From Reclinomonas americana ATCC 50394 (taxonomy: Eukaryota), in the NCBI GenBank assembly GCA_048213135.1, contig PS015064.1, positions 117,060 to 152,679 on the forward strand: a stretch of 35,620 bases of DNA. Direction: 5' to 3'. The notes under the pieces are model-generated. The model was not told the origin of the DNA. It did not search any database and worked only from the letters and a program-made list of their open reading frames with translations. Position 1 is the stretch's first letter, and each line of letters begins with the position of its first letter. Below are positions 1 to 10,108 of this stretch, in pieces. The translations under genes were made by a program, and so were the position numbers.

Positions 1-363
1 GATGGTCGACACATCGTGAGTGGGAGTGGAGACAGCACCGTGCGAGTATGGTCTCTGGAGAGTGGAGAGGAAGTGCGACGGCTGGAGGGGCACACTGGAT
101 GGGTGTCATCTGTGGCCGTCTCTCCCGATGGTCTCCACATTGCGAGTGCTGGTGGCCAAGACAATAGCGTGCGAGTGTGGTCCACACCGCGTGGCCTTGC
201 CTGCCTCGAACTCGACGCCGCGCGCTCGGCCATGCTGGCTATGCAGGAGATGCAGGAGGAGGAGAGGGCCACCGAGGAGGAAGTAGATTCACGACGTCTT
301 CCCGAGCTGGTTCTGCGCTGCTTCATCGTCGAAGATGCCGAGGTTGTCCTTTTTCGGTGCTGA
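1..363 (+). CDS. Stand-alone WD40 beta-propeller protein, tandem copy 1 (3' part only; 5' end lies outside the window)
   Basis: Frame-1 ORF from base 1 reads DGRHIVSGSGDSTVRVWSLESGEEVRRLEGHTGWVSSVAVSPDG...VRVWS, then the tail PRGLACLELDAARSA...LPELVLRCFIVEDAEVVLFRC* that copies 2 and 3 also have. Confidence 0.9.
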   Translation, partial: DGRHIVSGSGDSTVRVWSLESGEEVRRLEGHTGWVSSVAVSPDGLHIASAGGQDNSVRVWSTPRGLACLELDAARSAMLAMQEMQEEERATEEEVDSRRLPELVLRCFIVEDAEVVLFRC

Positions 364-2271
364 GTCGGTGAGGCGAAGAGTGGGAAGGTGGCCGCTGGTG
401 ATCTTGAGTTGTTTTTTCGTGTCTTGTGCGGGGGTGCGGGTGGTTATGCGAGTGCTGGATGGGGGAAGAGAGAAGGCAGAGAGGTCGTTGTTGATGATGA
501 TGAATTGCTCACCGTGCTTGTTGTCCTGTCATGTGAATGTGAGTGTGGGCGTGAAGGATATCTCTCTCTCTCTCTCTGGATGCGTGTCTCATTCTCACCT
601 CCATTTTGTGTGCAAGCGCGACGGGTCCCTTGGGAGTCTGTTGTGTCTTTTTGTCTCGTTGTGATGTCTGTTGTGCGTATCTTTCATCGTGCATGTATGT
701 GTCTCAGGAAAGCGAGTGCCGGTGATTGTTTTCTCGCGTATTATTTTGCGTACTTCGTTGGCGTCACTGCTCTGCTTCCCATTGTGCATTTGTGCCGGTG
801 ATGTTCTCCTTCTGGCTCAGCAGGGTTCATGTCATTCCGATCTCGAGCCCTCCTTCCCTGTCCCTTGTAGAGTCTCTCTCTCTCTCTATCTCTGTCGTCT
901 CCCTCCTTTGTGCGCTCATCATCTTCCCCAGTCATCCACCCCATCCTTCCCGCACACGCTCAAGGCCGAGCATGCTGGTCTGCTCACGATGCACCGATTG
1001 CCATCCTGCCAGTCCAACATGGTGAGCTTCCCGACACCGAAGTGTGTGGGGTGGTTGACTACGTGCTGACTTTGCTCCCTCTCCTTTGCAGGATGGATGT
1101 GTATGCAGAAAACGTCCCTTGGCTTGCCTCTGACCAAACGCGTATTGGTATCAGGTGCTGATCGGTGTGTTCGTCACGTGAGACGGAACAGATATCTCTC
1201 TCCTTCCTCCATTCCTTTGCTCACATCGATATCGCACTGACATGCAGATGTCTTGGTAAACACGTGTTCCTCGTCGTTGTTTCGTGACGATGACTGGCGC
1301 GCTTGTGCATCGCCTGTTGTCGGCTGTCACCGCACTCTCTCGGCTCCCCATCCGCATCCCATCATGCGCGAAGCAGTTGTGTGGCCCTGTTCTTCGTGAT
1401 CTCTCTTTCCTTCTTCCCTCCCACTCACCTCATTCATGCAGGCCGTGCATGTCATTGAGTACGTGGCGTGGGTGGGTGCACACATGCGTGTCGTGCTGTG
1501 CGATGGTGGCCTGGTCGGTGGATCGTTTTCAATCCCGGCTGGCAAGTCGGAGCGGATCGATGATGTTTTTTCACCTTGGCTGCCGCCGTCTCCGCCGAGT
1601 GATGATGCTGGTGGCCATGGAAGACTGCAGACGCGTGCTCGGCAATCTACTCATGGGTTGACTCATGCGTGTCGTGTTTCCCGATGGGTGGCCTGGTCGG
1701 TGGATGGTTCTCGATCCCGGTTGGCAAATCAGAGCGGATCGATGGTGTGCGCACCTTGGTTGCTGCTGTCACTGTCGAATGACGATGGTGGTGGCCATGG
1801 GAGACTGCTGGCGTGTGCGAGGCCAGCAACACATGGTTTGTGCGTGTTCTGTGTCTGCGTTGAGGAACAAGTTGACGAGGTATGGAGGTTGACTGACTCA
1901 GTTCTGTGTGTGATCTGAACGCAGTCGTGTTGGGAAGTGACTGGCATGCGAAGACACGTGGTTCCGTGCCACACAGTGCATGCATGAGACAATGCACCGA
2001 CCGACTGTGAGTGTGATTGAAGGCACGAGGCATTGATTGTGACTTGGGTGAGAGGAGGCGAGTCACACGACCAAGCTGCCTCTTCCATGTGGTCGCTCCT
2101 TTCCTGTTCCTTGTGGCTCTCTCCTCCCTGTGTCATCATCGTGCCCCTCATCATGCTCTCTGTGGGCCAATCCAAGGACGAGTAAGGCATGTCGATGACT
2201 CCTGTGCTCATTGGATTCTCGGGTGTGCTATGCTGTGGCATCTGCACAACAATCGGGCCGGCGCCACAGCT
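364..2271 (+). repeat. Downstream part of the tandem segmental-duplication unit, copy 1
   Basis: Colinear similarity by eye to 5536-7973 and 9503-11189 (shared gtgatgtctgttgtgcgt, ggcctggtcggtggatcg, gagtgtgattgaaggcacga). Similarity to copy 2 ends at ggcgccacagct (2271 vs 7973). Confidence 0.9.
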
Positions 2272-2433
2272 GACGTGAGGATTACGCGACCAGGTCTGCC
2301 AAAGTTAAGAGGTCGTTGCCGTACGAACTTTGGCTTGCAGGTACGGTAGCTGTCCAGGCGAACACATGTCTCTTTCCACATGATGGCGATCACTGCTCGA
2401 TGCTCGTTGTTGTGTATACGGATTAATGAAGTT

Positions 2434-3831
2434 TCATTGTGCGTGGACAGGCTTCTGCTCGACGGAGGATGCCGTCGGTATGTCCAGGCCAGGAGCGGTG
2501 GGGCGAGACAACAGCCACTCGGGCGCCTTGAAACCCGTCTGGCTCTCGATCGTATCCAACATCGGCACCATCGACTGTGCCAAACTGCGAATCGTGGCGG
2601 GACCCGTGGTCGGATCATGACTCCACACCGTGATCTTGGGCTCCAGACCTTGAATAGCACGGGCATTGGCCTCGGCCAGCTTCTCGTACACATTCTTCTC
2701 CACCATCAGGTGGGTGATGAAACCACGCACATCGCCGTTGAAGGCGACCATCATGCTCTGCAGACCACTGGCCTGTCCGTTGTAGAACGCTTGCACGCCT
2801 TCCGCTTCCTTGAGCTTGGCGTACAACTCAGCCTCGGCCCTGATACGCAGGGCGCTCGCTTCGCCCTCTGCATCCTTGATCAGGCGCTCGGCAAGTACGC
2901 GGCTCGTGGACAGGACGTCGGCACGCTGGCGTTCCACCTCCATCTCCTGCCTCTTGGCCTCCACATCTCGCTCCAACGCCATGCTCAGCGACTTGGCCTC
3001 CTGTGCCGCCCGGATCTTGGCAGTTTCTGCCACCAGGGCCTGCTCGTGTTGCGTCTTGGCCAGGGTGGCTTTGGAGCGCAGAATCTCCTGCTGCCGCTCG
3101 TTTTCGATCAACTGAGTCTCGGCTTCGATCTGGGCCGTGCGTTGACGCTTCTCCGCCTCGCGCTCCTTGGCTCCAATGTCGCCCAACTTGACTTGCTCGG
3201 CTACCTCAATCTTGGCTCGGTTCTCCGCCTCGGCCTGGATGCGCTGACTCAACGACTTGAAGTAGTTGGAAGCGGGACCGTCCTTGAGCTCCTCAATGTT
3301 GGCGTTGTAGACCTCCAAGCCGTACTGGTTCAGCTGCGACTGCACATTGTCAAGCACGTCACGCTTGAACTGTGTGCGGGCGGCGAAAATGGTCTCCACG
3401 GGCAGGTTGGCGGCGACGGAGCGAGCCTCGCCCTCAATGATGCCACTGACGACGCGCAGGCGGTCGTTGCTCTCTTGATTCAGCAGGAAGCGTGCGTACT
3501 TGGCCAGGTCCGCCTCCGTGTTGCGTGGGCCCAGGGTAAAGACGGCCGGAAAGCGGAACTCCATCTTCTCCACCGACATGGCATTCACGGCAAACGAGAA
3601 TGTCGAGGGCGACATGTCGATCGTCTGGATGTTCTGGAAGGGGAGGCGGAAAAAAGTCTTGCCGATGGCCATATCCTTCACAAAGATGCCTGTCTTGACG
3701 AGCACCTCGTGGGCACGGGCGGTGTGCAGTCGTCCGACCATCAGCGCGCTCACAGCCGCTCCGGCGATCAGGATGCCGCCGCCGACCTTGACAGAGTTGG
3801 GAATCTGATCCAATGTCGTCGACAACGTCAT
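2434..3831 (-). CDS. Flotillin-like SPFH/band-7 protein, plant/fungal FLOT type, ~465 aa, intronless
   Basis: Uninterrupted ORF from ATG 3831. Motifs VNAMSVEKMEFRFPAVFTLGP, GIIEGEARSVAA, VQSQLNQYGLEVYNANIEEL and NRAKIEVAE..KLGDIGAKER match from memory the plant FLOT motifs [33 protein letters not shown] and LNQFGLVIYNANVKQL. Has an EA-rich coiled coil and an N-terminal hydrophobic segment. Confidence 0.93.
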   Translation of the reverse strand: MTLSTTLDQIPNSVKVGGGILIAGAAVSALMVGRLHTARAHEVLVKTGIFVKDMAIGKTFFRLPFQNIQTIDMSPSTFSFAVNAMSVEKMEFRFPAVFTLGPRNTEADLAKYARFLLNQESNDRLRVVSGIIEGEARSVAANLPVETIFAARTQFKRDVLDNVQSQLNQYGLEVYNANIEELKDGPASNYFKSLSQRIQAEAENRAKIEVAEQVKLGDIGAKEREAEKRQRTAQIEAETQLIENERQQEILRSKATLAKTQHEQALVAETAKIRAAQEAKSLSMALERDVEAKRQEMEVERQRADVLSTSRVLAERLIKDAEGEASALRIRAEAELYAKLKEAEGVQAFYNGQASGLQSMMVAFNGDVRGFITHLMVEKNVYEKLAEANARAIQGLEPKITVWSHDPTTGPATIRSLAQSMVPMLDTIESQTGFKAPEWLLSRPTAPGLDIPTASSVEQKPVHAQ

Positions 3832-4010
3832 TGTTCTGCGCGCGGTCTTTCGCACACAACAAACAGGCGCAGCGCTAGCGACGAGAGAAATTTACACTGT
3901 AGTGCAAGTCCAGAAGACACAGCGGGGGAGCTCGAAGCGAACCTGCGGTGAATCTGCGGCCAATATGTGCTAGTTTTTATCTAAAAAGTCTTGGGTTGGT
4001 TCTCGCTTTC

Positions 4011-4110
4011 AAGCCGATGCATCGATGCATGCAAGCGCATGCGCACGCGCTGATCATGAGCTCGCGATCGATATCGCGCAGCGATATCGCGATGTACCGC
4101 AATATCTCGC
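4011..4110. promoter_or_regulatory. Palindrome-dense putative bidirectional promoter between the divergent flotillin and WD40 copy 2 genes
   Basis: ATGCATCGATGCAT (4017-4030), GCGCATGCGC (4035-4044), CGATATCG (4069-4076) and GCGATATCGC (4081-4090) lie in the ~530 bp between the two ATGs. Promoter function is inferred from position only. Confidence 0.4.
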
Positions 4111-4363
4111 TCACATTGCAGGTTGAGAATGGAGCTCCGCGACGAGGACGCGGAGAGACAGGGGGCACTGAGACACAGACAGCACCGCGAGGCGCACGCA
4201 CACGCGCGCGAGAGAGTTGAAGTTGATGTTCCGTCGGATGAATCAGCCTGCTTCACACACATAACACACTACACGCACACGCACGCACACGACACACACA
4301 CACCCTCTCTCTCACACACACGCACTCTCTCTCTCTCTCTCACACACACGCACACACCGGAGA

Positions 4364-5535
4364 ATGGCAACAAAGGTGTGAATGTATGCGCACTTTGCGT
4401 GGTTGGTGTCGACGTCTGTGCGTGCATTCGTGTGCTCGTGCATGTGTGCGGTTGCTCTTTGTGTGTGTATGTTTGTGTGTGCGCGTCTCACCGTGAGTGC
4501 TTGATACAGATCATTCAGAGTCTCGATGTGGTACGATCCGTCGCCGTCACGCCCGATAGCAAGCACATTGTTGGCGGATGCATGGACAGTTCCGTCCGAG
4601 TGTGGTCACTGGCGAGTGGCAAGGAGGTGCGACGGCTGGTGGGACACACTGCAAGGGTGATGTCTGTCGCCGTCACCCCAGATGGCAAGCATGTTGTCAG
4701 TGGCGGCTGCGACAACACAGTGCGGATGTGGTCTCTGGCGAATGGGGAGGAGGTACGACGTCGACGGCTGGAGGGCCACGCCGACATGGTGATGTCTGTC
4801 GCAGTCACTCCTGATGGCCAGCACATTGTCAGTGGGAGCTGGGACAACACAGTGAGGGTGTGGTCGCTGGCGAGTGGCAAGGAGGTGCGACGGCTGGTGG
4901 GACACACTGCAAGGGTGATGTCTGTCGCCGTCACCCCTGATGGCCAGCATGTCGTGAGTGGGAGCGAAGACAGCACCATGCGGGTATGGTTGCTGGCGAG
5001 CGGCGAAGAAGTGCGGCGGTTGAAGGGACACACTGACTGGGTGATTTCAGTCGCTGTTACTCCCGATGGTCAGCACATCGTGAGTGGGTGTGGAGATAGT
5101 ACCGTGCGGGTATGGTTGCTGGAAAGTGGAGAAGAAGTGCGACGATTGGAGGGACACACAGGATATGTGTGGTCTGTCGCCGTCACTCCCGATGGCCAAC
5201 ATATCGTGAGTGGGGGTGGGGACTGCACAATTCGGATGTGGTCTCTGGAGAGTGGAGAGGAAGTGCGACGGTTTGATGGTCACACTGGATGGGTGTCGTC
5301 TGTGGCCGTCTCTCCCGATGGTCAGCACATTGTGAGTGGAGGTGGCCAAGACAAGACAATACGAGTGTTGTCCATGCCGCGTGGCCTTGCTCGCCTCGAA
5401 CTTGACGCCGCGCGCTCGGCCCTGCGAGCGGTGCAGGAGATGCAGGAGGAAGAGGTAGATTCACGATGCCTTCCCGAGCTGGTTCTGCGCTGTTTCATCG
5501 TCGAGGATGCCGAGGTCGTCCTTTTCCGGTGCTGA
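4364..5535 (+). CDS. Stand-alone 7-repeat WD40 protein, tandem copy 2 (~345 aa; exons 4364-4375, 4510-5535)
   Basis: ATG GCA ACA AAG|gtgtga...gatacag|ATC ATT CAG gives a phase-0, 134-nt intron. Seven ~42-aa repeats follow (consensus LASGEEVRRLEGHTxxVxSVAVTPDGQHIVSGxxDxTVRVWS), then a ~50-aa tail. Copy 3 has the same MATK micro-exon. Confidence 0.92.
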
Positions 5536-7023
5536 GTCGGTGAGTCGGAAGGGAGAGCGGTGGCTGCTGGTGATTGTGAGTTGTTTTTCGTGTCTTGCGA
5601 GGGAGAGTGGGTGGTTGTGCGGGTTGCTGATGAGGGAAGAGAGGATGACAGAGGAGGAGAGAGAAGTCGATGTGGATGATGATGAATTGTTCTCTGCGTA
5701 CTGTTGCCCTGTCTTGTGAATGCGGGTGTGCGGGCGTGAAGCATGTCTCTCTCTGCATGCGTGCCTCTTTCTCACCTCAGTTTGTGTGTGCGAGCGCGAT
5801 GAATCACTTGGGAGTCTGTTGTGTCTTTTTCGTCTCGTTGTGATGTCTGTTGTGCGTGCATCTTTCATCGTGCATGTGTGTGCCTCAGGAGAGCGAATCA
5901 CCGATATTTGTTTCGCCGCGTCTTGTTTTGCACACCACCTGGGCGCCACTACTCTGCTTCCCATTGTGCGCATGCATGTGTAACATTCGCCACGCCCCCC
6001 CCCCCTTTTTTCGTCATGTCCGAAAACACATATAGTCCCCTGGTGACCGGGTGACGGGTTGAGCGACGGAGCAAGGGTCAAGGGTCAAGGGTAAAGGGTA
6101 AGAGAACAACTATAGAGTCACACTATAAGGGTATCAAAAGATANNNNNNNNNNNNNNNNNNNNNNNNNNNNNNNNNNNNNNNNNNNNNNNNNNNNNNNNN
6201 NNNNNNNNNNNNNNNNNNNNNNNNNNNNNNNNNNNNNNNNNNNNNNNNNNNNNNNNNNNNNNNNNNNNNNNNNNNNNNNNNNNNNNNNNNNNNNNNNNNN
6301 NNNNNNNNNNNNNNNNNNNNNNNNNNNNNNNNNNNNNNNNNNNNNNNNNNNNNNNNNNNNNNNNNNNNNNNNNNNNNNNNNNNNNNNNNNNNNNNNNNNN
6401 NNNNNNNNNNNNNNNNNNNNNNNNNNNNNNNNNNNNNNNNNNNNNNNNNNNNNNNNNNNNNNNNNNNNNNNNNNNNNNNNNNNNNNNNNNNNNNNNNNNN
6501 NNNNNNNNNNNNNNNNNNNNNNNNNNNNNNNNNNNNNNNNNNNNNNNNNNNNNNNNNNNNNNNNNNNNNNNNNNNNNNNNNNNNNNNNNNNNNNNNNNNN
6601 NNNNNNNNNNNNNNNNNNNNNNNNNNNNNNNNNNNNNNNNNNNNNNNNNNNNNNNNNNNNNNNNNNNNNNNNNNNNNNNNNNNNNNNNNNNNNNNNNNNN
6701 NNNNNNNNNNNNNNNNNNNNNNNNNNNNNNNNNNNNNNNNNNNNNNNNNNNNNNNNNNNNNNNNNNNNNNNNNNNNNNNNNNNNNNNNNNNNNNNNNNNN
6801 NNNNNNNNNNNNNNNNNNNNNNNNNNNCTCTCTGTTTCTCCGCCGTCTTCCTCCTTTGTGCGCTCACCATCTTCCCCAGTCGTCCACCCCTCCTTCCCGC
6901 ACAAGCTCGAGGCCGAGCATGCATGTTGGTCTGCTCAAGATGCGCTGACTTCCATTCTGCCTTCTGCGAGTCCATGATGGTGAGCATTCCGATACCGAAG
7001 TGGCATGACTGCATGCTGACTCT

Positions 7024-7058
<35 letters not shown>

Positions 7059-7973
7059 GGATGGATGTGTGTGCAGAAACGTACCTCGCCTTGCCTCATG
7101 ACCAGCCGTGTGTTGGCATCAGGTGCTTATCGGTGTGTTCGTCAGCGAGACAAGAGCTCCTCTTCTTCCATTCCTTTGCTACAGCACACCGACATGCAGA
7201 TACCTTGGAGGCACGTGCTTGCCGTCGGCCGTTACTGGGTATCACCTCACTCACTCGGCTCCCCGCTCGTATCCCACCATGCACGAAGCAGGTCTGTGGC
7301 CTTGTTCGTCTTGATCTCTCTTTCCTCCTTCCCTTCCACTCACCTCATTCATGCAGGTCGTGCATGCTATGGAGGGCGTGGCTGGCCATGGGTGTACGTA
7401 TGCATGCCGTGCTGTGCGATGGGTAGCCTGGTCGGTGGATCGTTGCAATCCAGCCTGGCAGGTCTGCGCGGATCGATGGTGTGCGCACCTTGGCTGCTGC
7501 TGCTGTCACTGTCGAGCGACGATGGTGGTGACTGCAGGCACGTGCGAGGCCAGCAACTCATGGTGGGCGCGTATTCTACTCCTGCGTTGAGGAACAAGTT
7601 GACGAGACTTGGAGATTGACTGACTCAGTGCTGCAGGCGTGTTGGCAAGTCGAAGACACGGGGTTCCGTGCGTCACAGTACTTGCGTGAGACGATACACC
7701 GACCGACTGTGAGTGTGATTGAAGGCACGAAGCATTGATTGTGACTTGAGTGAGAGGAGGCGAGCCTCACGACACAGCTGCCTCTTCCATCGCTGTGCTA
7801 CTGTGTTGGTCGCATCTCTTCTGTTCCTTGTGGCTCTCTTTCTTCATTATACCATCTTCGTGTGCGCCTCATCAACCTCGCTGTGGGCTGGTTCAAGGAG
7901 GTGTGCGGTTTCGATGACTCGGTGATGGATTGTGTGGCATCAGCACAACAGGGCCATGGCAGGCGCCACAGCT
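5536..7973 (+). repeat. Downstream part of the tandem unit, copy 2 (interrupted by an insertion and a gap)
   Basis: Colinear with 364-2271. Similarity breaks at ~5978 and resumes after the gap at 6828. Confidence 0.88.
5979..6143 (+). mobile_element. Left end of an insertion specific to copy 2, possibly an LTR
   Basis: Absent from copies 1 and 3. Begins TGTAAC (LTRs typically start TG), contains C and T homopolymer runs and (AAGGGTC/AAGGGTA)x4, then runs into gap 6144-6827. The right end and any target-site duplication are not visible. Confidence 0.4.
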
Positions 7974-8332
7974 TTATATATTACATCCAACAGACCGACA
8001 TTCCAGTCCTCATTGAGAGAGAATACAGGACAGTCGAAATGAAGTATCGCTGGGCATGCACGGAGCAATGGAGCGCCACCTTGTGTCACCACCAACACCC
8101 TGCTTGTCCATTCTGCCCATATCGACATCGCATGGACGAGTCCCAAATCGGTCTTCGAAAGCCCGCACGCATCAAAGAAGCCACATTGCTCTCATACTGC
8201 TGTATGTTGTGCGGGGTGCTGGTTGCAGCCTGGCGAGGGATGGACGACGTCTCGGAGCAAGGCGGGAGAAGAAAGGCGGGATGGAAACGGTGACAAGTCC
8301 GAGCGAGCAAATCACACACACACACACGGAGA

Positions 8333-9502
8333 ATGGCAACAAAGGTGTGATGTGTGCGCACTTTTGCGTGGTTGGTGTCTATGTGTGCATCCGTGTGCTT
8401 GTGTATGTTTGCAGTTGTTGTTTGTGTATGTGTGTACTTGTCGTCGAATGATGCTGTGTGTGTGTCTCACCACCAGCGTTTGGCTCAGATCATTCAGAGT
8501 CCCGCTGCAGTGCGGTCCGTCGCCGTCACTCCCGACGGCAAGCACATTGTTGGTGGATGTATGGACAAGACGATTCGAGTGTGGTCTCTGGCGAGTGGAG
8601 AAGAAGTGCGACGGCTGGAGAGAGACATTGGTCCGGTGTGGTCTGTCACTGTTACTCCCGATAATCAGCACATTGTGAGTGGGTGTGGAGACTGTACCGT
8701 ACGTGTGTGGTCGCTGGCGAGTGGAGAAGAGGTACCGGTGCGACGGCTGGAGGGACACACCAATGCGGTGGCGTCTGTCGCCGTCGCCCCTGATGGCCAG
8801 CACCTTGTTAGCGGGAGCTGGGACTGCACAGTACGGGTGTGGTCTTTGGCGAGTGGAGGCGAGGTGCGACGGCTGGAGGGGCACACCGATAAGGTCTGGT
8901 CAGTCGCCGTCACCCCTGATAGTCAGCACATTGTGAATGGGGGTGGAGATCATACCGTGCGAGTGTGGTTGCTGGCGAGTGGGGAAGAAGTGCGACGGCT
9001 GGAAGGACACACTGACTGGGTGCACTCTGTTGCCGTCACCCCCGACGGTCGGCACATAGTGAGTGGGAGTGGGGACCGCACCCTGCGAGTGTGGTCGCTG
9101 ACGAGTGGGGAAGAAGTTCGACGGTTGGAAGGACGCACTGGATGGGTGCAGTCTGTCGCTGTCACCCCCGATGGCCAGCACATTGTTAGCGGGAGCGAGG
9201 ACAGCACCATTAGGGTGTGGTCTTTGGCGAGTGGCGAGGAAGTGCGACGGTTGGAAGGTCACACTTATACGGTAGTCTCTGTAGCCGTCTCTCCTGACGG
9301 TCAGCATATTGTGAGTGCGGGTGGCTACGACAAGACCGTACGAGTGTGGTCCACGCCGCGTGGCCTTGCCCGTCTCGAACTCGACTCGGCCATGCATGCT
9401 GTGCAGGAGATGCAGGAAGGAGTAGATTCACGATGTCTTCTCGAGCTGGTTCTGCGCTGCTTCATCGTCGAGGATGCCGAGGTCGTTCTTTTCCGGTGCT
9501 GA
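8333..9502 (+). CDS. Stand-alone 7-repeat WD40 protein, tandem copy 3 (~341 aa; exons 8333-8344, 8489-9502)
   Basis: ATG GCA ACA AAG|gtgtga...ggctcag|ATC ATT CAG gives a 144-nt intron. Seven WD repeats follow, then the tail PRGLARLELD...LLELVLRCFIVEDAEVVLFRC*. Confidence 0.92.
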
Positions 9503-10070
9503 GTCGGTGAGTCGGAAGGGAAAGAGGGTTGGCTGCTGGTGACTGTGAGTTGCTATTCGTGTCTTGCGAGGGAGAGTGGGTGATCATGCGGTGCAGATGA
9601 TGGGGGGAGAGTGGACGACAGAGGAGGAGAGAGATTGCAGTTGATGATGCAGAATTTCTCACCGTGCTTGTTCCCCTTTCATGTGCACGTGAATGTGATT
9701 GTGCGGGCGTGGAGCATGTCTCTCTCTGTCTTTCTCACCTTCATTTGTGTGTGCAAGCGGGAGACGGTGGAGAAAGAGAGGAGACTCTGCAAGGAACAGA
9801 AAGGGAGGAACGAAGAGACATGCATTCTTCAGAGCCGGAAGGCGAATGAGATGGATTGCTTGGTAGTCTGTTTTGTCTTTCTGTCTCGGTGTGATGTCTG
9901 TTGTGCGTGCATCTTTAGTCGTACATGTATGTGTCTCAGGAGAGCGAGTGACCGACGTCTATTTTCTCGCATCTTGTTTTGCGCACCACTTTGGCATCAC
10001 GGCTCTGTGTCCCATGGGCGCGTGCTCCGTGGGCATTCTGCCTCTTGCTCTGAGGAATGCCTGTCATTCC

Positions 10071-10108
<38 letters not shown>

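Noticed and set aside
2380-3951. 523-aa plus-strand ORF
   Set aside because: Antisense shadow of the GC3-rich flotillin CDS, with no recognisable motifs.
4123-4509. N-terminal extensions of the track ORFs 4123..5535 and 8354..9502
   Set aside because: They translate (CA)n/(GT)n UTR and intron sequence. The shared MATK micro-exon with a GT-AG intron explains both copies better.
6073-6102. Interstitial telomere
   Set aside because: Only four degenerate heptamers, not TTAGGG or TTTAGGG. Treated as part of the insertion.
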